DNA of 45,998 bases from Candidatus Dormiibacterota bacterium. GTDB taxonomy: Bacteria > Chloroflexota > Dormibacteria > Dormibacterales > Dormibacteraceae. Positions 41,161 through 45,998 of the stretch are shown here, piece by piece. The stretch is taken from the NCBI GenBank assembly GCA_035602315.1, contig DATNML010000012.1, positions 1-45,998 on the forward strand. Reading direction: 5' to 3'. The position numbers were made by a program, and so were the translations under genes. Under the pieces are notes generated by a model. The model searched no databases. It was given only the letters and a program-made list of their open reading frames with translations, and was not told the origin of the DNA. Positions within the stretch are counted from its first letter, which is position 1. The number at the start of each line of letters is the position of its first letter.

Positions 41161-43145
41161 AGTTCCGCTACTCGCGCTGGGACGGCACCCAGAAGCTGGA
41201 CGACCTCGACGCCGGAGACGTCCTCGACGCGCTCTCCGACGACCTGATGAACTACGGAGACCTGAACGCCGCCCTGCAGCGGCTGCTGCGCTGGGGCACG
41301 CCGAACATGGCAGGCCTAGAGCAGCTGCTGAAGCAGCTTCGCGAGGCGCGTGAGCGGGAGCTAGGCCGCTACAACCTCGACTCCACAGTCGAGCAGCTGC
41401 GCCAGCAGGTGCAGGACGTGATCGACACCGAGAAGGCTGGGATTGAACGCCGCGCGAACGAGGCCGAGACCCCCGAGGCGAAGAAGCTGATGGAGCGGAT
41501 CGCCCGACAGCGCAACGAGCAGCTCGACCGCCTGCCGGACGACCTCGGCAGCCGGGTCAAGGGTCTCCGCGACTACGAGTTCGTCGACGACGAGGCGCGG
41601 CAGAAGTTCGAAGAGCTGATGCAGAAGCTGCAGCAGCAGATGGTCGACCAGATGTTCCAGGGCCTCAAAGGTTCGATCCAGCAGATGCAGGGCCAGGACC
41701 TCTCACGCGTGCGCGACATGGTGCGTGACCTGAACAAGATGCTCGAGCAGCGCATGGAAGGCCGCACGCCCGATTTCAACGGCTTTATGGAGCGATACGG
41801 CGACATGTTTCCGCCGGGCATCAACAGCCTGGATGAGCTGCTCGAGCACCTGCAGCGGCAGATGGCCCAGATGCAGTCACTCCTCCAGAGCATGAGCCCC
41901 GAAGCTCGCGAGGAGCTCCGTCAGATGATGGACTCTCTGCTGCAGGACGACTCGCTTCGACTGGAGCTCGCGCGACTGTCGGGCTTCATGCAGGCGATGA
42001 TGCCGCCCTCTGAGCTGAGCGAGCGCTACCCGTTCTTCGGAGAGGACCCGCTGAGCATGGGCGAGGCGATGGGCCTGATGGAGCGCCTGCAGCAGATGGA
42101 CCGGCTCGAATCGCAGCTCGAGCGCGGCAGCTTCCGACCCGACGATGTCGACCGCTCGCTCGCCCAGGAGCTGCTTGGCAGCGAGGCGCGGCAGGCGCTC
42201 GATCAGCTGCGCAAGCTGACAGAGGTGCTCGAGAAGGCCGGTTACGTCGAGCGTAAGGGCCGGCGGATGGAGCTCACCCCGCGGGGGATGCGGCGCATCG
42301 GCCAGTCGGCGCTCCGCGACATCTTCGATCAGCTCAAGAAGACGCGCATGGGGCAGCACCAGCTGTGGCGAGGCGGGATCGGCAACGACGCGTCTGACGA
42401 GCTCAAGGACTATGAATACGGCGACCCGTTCTTGCTCGATCTGAAGGAGACTCTCTTCAACTCGCTCGTCCGCGAGGGCCCCAAGGTGCCGGTCAAGATG
42501 GCGGCGGCGGACTTTGTCGTCCATCGCACCGAGCACGTGACCCAGGCGTCGACGGTGCTGATGATCGACATGAGCCGCTCGATGTTCCTGCGTGGGTGTT
42601 TTCTTGCCGCGAAGAAAGTCGCGATCGCGCTCGACTCACTGATCCGCAGCCAGTACCCGCGCGACTCCCTGTACGTCGTCGGCTTCTCCAACTACGCGGT
42701 GGAGCTCAAGCCGCAGACACTGCCGCAACTGGCGCTCAACGACTACGTCTACGGCACCAACATGCAGCACGGCTTTCAGCTCGCTCGCTCGCTGCTCGCG
42801 AAGCACCGGGGCAATCGCCAGATCATCATGATCACCGACGGTGAGCCGACCGCTCACATCGCCGAAAACGGGAAGGCTCAGTTCCAGTATCCGCCTACTT
42901 TCGAGACCATCCAGCAGACGCTGCGAGAGGTCAAGCGGTGCACGCGCGACCGGATCGTCATCAACACGTTCATGCTCGAGCGCGGTCCGTACCTGACCGA
43001 GTTCATCAACCAGATGACGCGCATCAACAAAGGCAGGGCGTTCTTCGTCTCGCCCGACCGCCTCGGCGAGTACATCCTGGTCGACTACGTGAGCGGCAAG
43101 CAACGCCGCCGGGCGAGCTCTCGCCGCGGCGCCCGAATCGCCTGA
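41157..43145 (+). CDS. Large vWA-domain protein with a Gln/Met/Glu-rich helical N-terminal two-thirds
   Basis: GTGA overlap with the amidase stop. N-terminal KFRYSRWDGTQ. C-terminal vWA domain with MIDAS VLMIDMSRSM...ITDGEPTAH. Confidence 0.8.
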   Translation: MKFRYSRWDGTQKLDDLDAGDVLDALSDDLMNYGDLNAALQRLLRWGTPNMAGLEQLLKQLREARERELGRYNLDSTVEQLRQQVQDVIDTEKAGIERRANEAETPEAKKLMERIARQRNEQLDRLPDDLGSRVKGLRDYEFVDDEARQKFEELMQKLQQQMVDQMFQGLKGSIQQMQGQDLSRVRDMVRDLNKMLEQRMEGRTPDFNGFMERYGDMFPPGINSLDELLEHLQRQMAQMQSLLQSMSPEAREELRQMMDSLLQDDSLRLELARLSGFMQAMMPPSELSERYPFFGEDPLSMGEAMGLMERLQQMDRLESQLERGSFRPDDVDRSLAQELLGSEARQALDQLRKLTEVLEKAGYVERKGRRMELTPRGMRRIGQSALRDIFDQLKKTRMGQHQLWRGGIGNDASDELKDYEYGDPFLLDLKETLFNSLVREGPKVPVKMAAADFVVHRTEHVTQASTVLMIDMSRSMFLRGCFLAAKKVAIALDSLIRSQYPRDSLYVVGFSNYAVELKPQTLPQLALNDYVYGTNMQHGFQLARSLLAKHRGNRQIIMITDGEPTAHIAENGKAQFQYPPTFETIQQTLREVKRCTRDRIVINTFMLERGPYLTEFINQMTRINKGRAFFVSPDRLGEYILVDYVSGKQRRRASSRRGARIA

Positions 43146-43199
43146 AAACCGGCTGTTTTGGGTGAGCCGACGGCCGGGCGCCTTGCTTATGATCGGTAA

Positions 43200-44765
43200 G
43201 TGAAAGCTGCACCCAATCGCTCAGAGGTCAGCGGGCTCCCGAATCCCGCTGCGGAACGCCGCGACCTGAGCCCGGCCGCGCTGTATGAGCACGCGATCCG
43301 CCGCGACGAGGCCGTGATCGTGTCCACCGGCGCGCTGACCGCCGAGACCGGCAAGCACACTGGCCGATCGCCGAAGGACAAGTTCTTCGTCAAGGAACCG
43401 ACCAGCCAGGACGCCATCTGGTGGCAGGCCAACCAGGCGATCTCCCCCGCGAAGTTCGACCCGCTGCTGAAGCGGATGGAGGAGTTCTGCGCCGCGCACG
43501 ACGTGTTCACCCAGGACGTATTTGCGTGCGCGGACCCCCGGCACAGACTGCGCGTGCGGGTGATCACCGAGCGCGCCTGGCACAGCTTGTTCGCGCGCAA
43601 CCTCTTCATCAGGCCGAACGGCGACGAGCTGATGAGCTTCGAGCCGGACTTCACCGTCATCTCGTTGCCTTCGGTGAAGGCAGACCCGAAAGTCGACGGC
43701 ACCCGCACTGAGACCTTCATCCTGGTCAACCTCGCCCGGCGGATCGTGATCATCGGGGGCACTGAGTACGCGGGCGAGATCAAGAAGTCGATCTTCACCG
43801 CGCTCAACTACCTGCTGCCGGCTAAGGGCGTGTTTCCGATGCACTGCTCCGCCAACGTGGGCAGCGGAGGTTCTGACGTTGCGCTCTTCTTCGGGCTCAG
43901 CGGCACCGGCAAGACCACGCTGTCGGCAGACCCGTCACGGCGCCTGATCGGCGACGACGAGCACGGCTGGAGCGATATCGGCATCTTCAACTTCGAGGGC
44001 GGCTGCTACGCGAAGACGATCCGCATCCGCAAGGAGTCGGAGCCCGAGATCTACGCCGCGACGGAGAGCTTCGGCACGATCCTGGAAAACGTCGTATACG
44101 ACCCACGGACGCGAATCCCCGACTACGACTCCGAGGAGAAGACGGAGAACACGCGTGCCGCTTACCCGGTCGACCTCATTCCGAATGCCGTGCTTTCGGG
44201 GACCGGCCGGCACCCGAACAACGTGATCTTCCTCTCCGCCGATGCATACGGTGTGCTCCCGCCGGTTGCGCGCCTCGACGAGGACCAGGTCCGCCACTAC
44301 TTCCTGTCTGGATACACCGCCAAGGTGGCCGGCACCGAGCGCGGTGTGACCGAGCCCGAACCCATCTTCAGCACCTGTTTCGCGGCGCCCTTCCTGGTGC
44401 TGCCGCCGGAGCGGTACGCGGACATGCTCATCGAGCGGGTCAATGGGCACCACTCGGACGTGTGGATGCTGAACACCGGCTGGGTCGGCGGTCCATACGG
44501 AGTCGGCCAGCGGATGTCGATCGCCCACACGCGCGCGATCGTCCGCGCGGTGGTGCAGGGCAGGCTCCACGGCGTGACAACCCACGTCGACCCGATCTTC
44601 GGACTCCAGATCCCGGACGAGGTTCCAGATGTGCCGAAGGAGGTCCTGGATCCACGCGCGACCTGGTCCGACCCAGAGGCATACGACCGGCAGGCCAAAA
44701 AGCTGAGAAAGATGTTCGAGGAGAACATCCGCACGATCGGCAAGAGCGCCTCCACCTCCGGCTAA
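43200..44765 (+). CDS. pckA: Phosphoenolpyruvate carboxykinase (ATP)
   Basis: GKHTGRSPKDKFFV, FFGLSGTGKTTLSADPSRRLIGDDEHGW, GGCYAK, NTGWVGGPYG. Confidence 0.93.
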   Translation: MKAAPNRSEVSGLPNPAAERRDLSPAALYEHAIRRDEAVIVSTGALTAETGKHTGRSPKDKFFVKEPTSQDAIWWQANQAISPAKFDPLLKRMEEFCAAHDVFTQDVFACADPRHRLRVRVITERAWHSLFARNLFIRPNGDELMSFEPDFTVISLPSVKADPKVDGTRTETFILVNLARRIVIIGGTEYAGEIKKSIFTALNYLLPAKGVFPMHCSANVGSGGSDVALFFGLSGTGKTTLSADPSRRLIGDDEHGWSDIGIFNFEGGCYAKTIRIRKESEPEIYAATESFGTILENVVYDPRTRIPDYDSEEKTENTRAAYPVDLIPNAVLSGTGRHPNNVIFLSADAYGVLPPVARLDEDQVRHYFLSGYTAKVAGTERGVTEPEPIFSTCFAAPFLVLPPERYADMLIERVNGHHSDVWMLNTGWVGGPYGVGQRMSIAHTRAIVRAVVQGRLHGVTTHVDPIFGLQIPDEVPDVPKEVLDPRATWSDPEAYDRQAKKLRKMFEENIRTIGKSASTSG

Positions 44766-45124
44766 TGCGCGTCGCCATCGTGGGGAGCCGGCGCTTCTCT
44801 GAGCCCGCTCGAGTCAGTGACTACGTCAACGCGCTGCCGCCGCGGGCGTTGATCATCACCGGCAGCGCCAGCGGAGTGGACGCCGCAGCCACGAAAGCCG
44901 CTCGGGCCAAAGGAATTCCTGTGCAGGTGATCCCCGCGAGCTTCGACGAGCTGTCCGACGCCGCCCGCTCGGCTGCGCGCAACCAGCGCCTGGTCGACGC
45001 GTGCGACCTGCTCGTCGCCTTCTGGGACGGGAGCTCCAAGGGCACGCGCTCCACCGTGGAGCGTGCTCTCGACTCCGGCAAAGAGGTCCACGTCTTCGTG
45101 GGGCTTCCGTCCGCCACTTCGTAA
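44765..45124 (+). CDS. DUF2493 / SLOG-superfamily protein
   Basis: ORF 44462..45124 trimmed to ATG 44765 (TAATG overlap with the pckA stop). VAIVGSRRF, ITGSASGVDAAA, RNQRLVDACDLLVAFWDGSSKGT fit the DUF2493 pattern (GGxxGxD ... RN ... AF.G..GT). Confidence 0.6.
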   Translation: MRVAIVGSRRFSEPARVSDYVNALPPRALIITGSASGVDAAATKAARAKGIPVQVIPASFDELSDAARSAARNQRLVDACDLLVAFWDGSSKGTRSTVERALDSGKEVHVFVGLPSATS

Positions 45125-45134
45125 GATTCACGCC

Positions 45135-45833
45135 ATGTCGGTGGCGATCGCCGTCCGCGCCCGCCTTTTCGCCCGGCTGCGCGAGCAGGCCGGGGCGGAA
45201 ACCGAGACGCTCGAGCTCCCAGAGGGCTCAACGCTCAGCGACGTCTACGAGGCGCTTCGGCAAAGGCATCCCGCGTTGGAGGGTGACCGGAAAGCCGTGC
45301 GCGCCGCGCTCAACCAGGAGTTCAGCGTCTGGACCACAGAGGTTGCGGACGGCGATGAAGTCGCCTTCATCCCGCCGGTGAGCGGCGGGGCTCACGCGGG
45401 CGGGGTGCTGTTCGAGCTCACCCGCGATCCTCTTGACGCGCGAAGGCTGGAGGCGGCCGTCTCACATGCGGGCGCCGGCGCGATCTGCACGTTCACCGGC
45501 GTGGTGCGTGACAGCTCTCGCGGCCGGTCGGTCACTCACCTGGATTACGAGGCCTACGCGGAGATGGCCGCCGCACAGATGCGCAAGATCGGCGACGAGA
45601 TCGCCGGTCAATGGCCCGAGGCCCGCGTCGCGATGGCGCACCGGACGGGGAGGCTCGAGATCGGAGAGGCGTCGGTCGTTGTGTCAGTCTCGTGCCCGCA
45701 CCGCGCAGAGGCGATCGCTGCGTGCAAATGGGGCATCGACCGGCTCAAGGAATCGGTGCCGATCTGGAAGAAGGAGCACGCGGCGGACGGCACGTACTGG
45801 ATCGAAGGAGATGAGGCTCGGCCGAGCGCTTAG
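45135..45833 (+). CDS. Molybdopterin synthase MoaD-MoaE fusion protein
   Basis: ORF 45063..45833 trimmed to ATG 45135. The N-terminal ~84 aa end in the ThiS/MoaD signature FIPPVSGG. The remainder (TFTGVVRD...HLDYEAY..MA...VAMAHRTGRLEIGE..V.V.V...HR.EA..AC....D.LK...PIWKKE) is MoaE. Confidence 0.85.
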   Translation: MSVAIAVRARLFARLREQAGAETETLELPEGSTLSDVYEALRQRHPALEGDRKAVRAALNQEFSVWTTEVADGDEVAFIPPVSGGAHAGGVLFELTRDPLDARRLEAAVSHAGAGAICTFTGVVRDSSRGRSVTHLDYEAYAEMAAAQMRKIGDEIAGQWPEARVAMAHRTGRLEIGEASVVVSVSCPHRAEAIAACKWGIDRLKESVPIWKKEHAADGTYWIEGDEARPSA

Positions 45834-45998
45834 TCTCTGGCCGAACGGCTCATCGCCAGCAAGCCCAATCCGAGCAATCCGTTGACGATGGCGAAGCCGA
45901 GATTGACGATTCCGTAACCCCATGCCAGTGTGCGCTGCTGCTCCGGACCGGTGATAGCGAAGCCGACCGAGACCAGGCAGATGACCAAACCGAGCGCG
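45830..45998 (-). CDS. C-terminal fragment of a membrane protein (5' end outside window)
   Basis: The minus-strand frame is open from the window edge to TAA (complement of 45830..45832). It translates to ALGLVICLVSVGFAITGPEQQRTLAWGYGIVNLGFAIVNGLLGLGLLAMSRSARD, i.e. two hydrophobic helices. It is absent from the ORF track because there is no start codon in the window. Confidence 0.45.
   Translation of the reverse strand, partial: ALGLVICLVSVGFAITGPEQQRTLAWGYGIVNLGFAIVNGLLGLGLLAMSRSARD

Noticed and set aside
44765-45124. DUF2493 gene as a marker of a prophage or integrative element.
   Set aside because: The flanking genes are core metabolism (pckA, molybdopterin synthase). There is no integrase, no repeats and no tRNA, and the gene is translationally coupled to pckA.
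1-45998. Scan for tRNA, rRNA, tmRNA/RNase P hallmark strings, CRISPR-like spaced repeats and transposase/integrase ORFs.
   Set aside because: No T-loop/acceptor-type structures in intergenic regions, no regularly spaced direct repeats, and no ORF with DDE/tyrosine-recombinase motifs was seen. This was done by eye only, so small RNAs could be missed.

Overview
GC-rich bacterial chromosomal segment with strong G/C bias at third codon positions. About 47 protein-coding genes are tightly packed, and many are joined by 4-nt NTGA stop/start overlaps. The content is mostly housekeeping with an Actinomycetota-like (or related high-GC Terrabacteria) flavour.

Gene content, in order:
- Phosphatidylinositol/PIM lipid trio (acyltransferase-pimA-CDP-alcohol phosphatidyltransferase), then holB and hisC.
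- A four-gene operon: HD hydrolase, 2-hydroxyacid dehydrogenase, Cof-type HAD, Mca/MshB-like PIG-L deacetylase.
- ispH.
- A signalling-rich stretch: GAF-GGDEF, two paralogous CHASE2-class III cyclases and a Hanks kinase.
- cobB and birA.
- A contiguous F420 block (fgd-cofC-cofE-cofD).
- yqeY and nth.
- A frameshifted radical-SAM gene.
- Oxidoreductases, a GH15 hydrolase, an acyl-CoA carboxyltransferase with a divergent LysR regulator, a GT87-like membrane protein and an MBL hydrolase.
- An amidase translationally coupled to a large vWA protein.
- pckA, a DUF2493/SLOG gene and a MoaD-MoaE fusion.

I saw no rRNA, tRNA, CRISPR array, transposase/integrase or recognisable defence or mobile island. 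I cannot point to a clear-cut new multi-gene system.

The best-supported unusual observations are:
1. A roughly 85-120-nt non-coding element present twice, in the same orientation and about 33 kb apart. Each copy fills the spacer upstream of a glycoconjugate-type operon and carries a conserved GCGCAT-N6-ATGCGC dyad plus a UCCUCCU tract.
2. Two genes (cofD, and a MaoC-like gene) whose conserved N-termini can only be encoded from CTG start codons. One of these sits in a CTGA overlap.
3. A MaoC-like hot-dog protein with a degenerate catalytic motif and a poly-Arg/Pro/Ala tail.
4. A +1 frameshift in a radical-SAM gene.
5. A strong G-quadruplex motif in a divergent promoter.
6. A 275-bp hairpin-rich spacer.
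7. Several unusual gene couplings (amidase-vWA, pckA-SLOG).

All functional calls rest on motif and family recognition by eye. No database searches were run.
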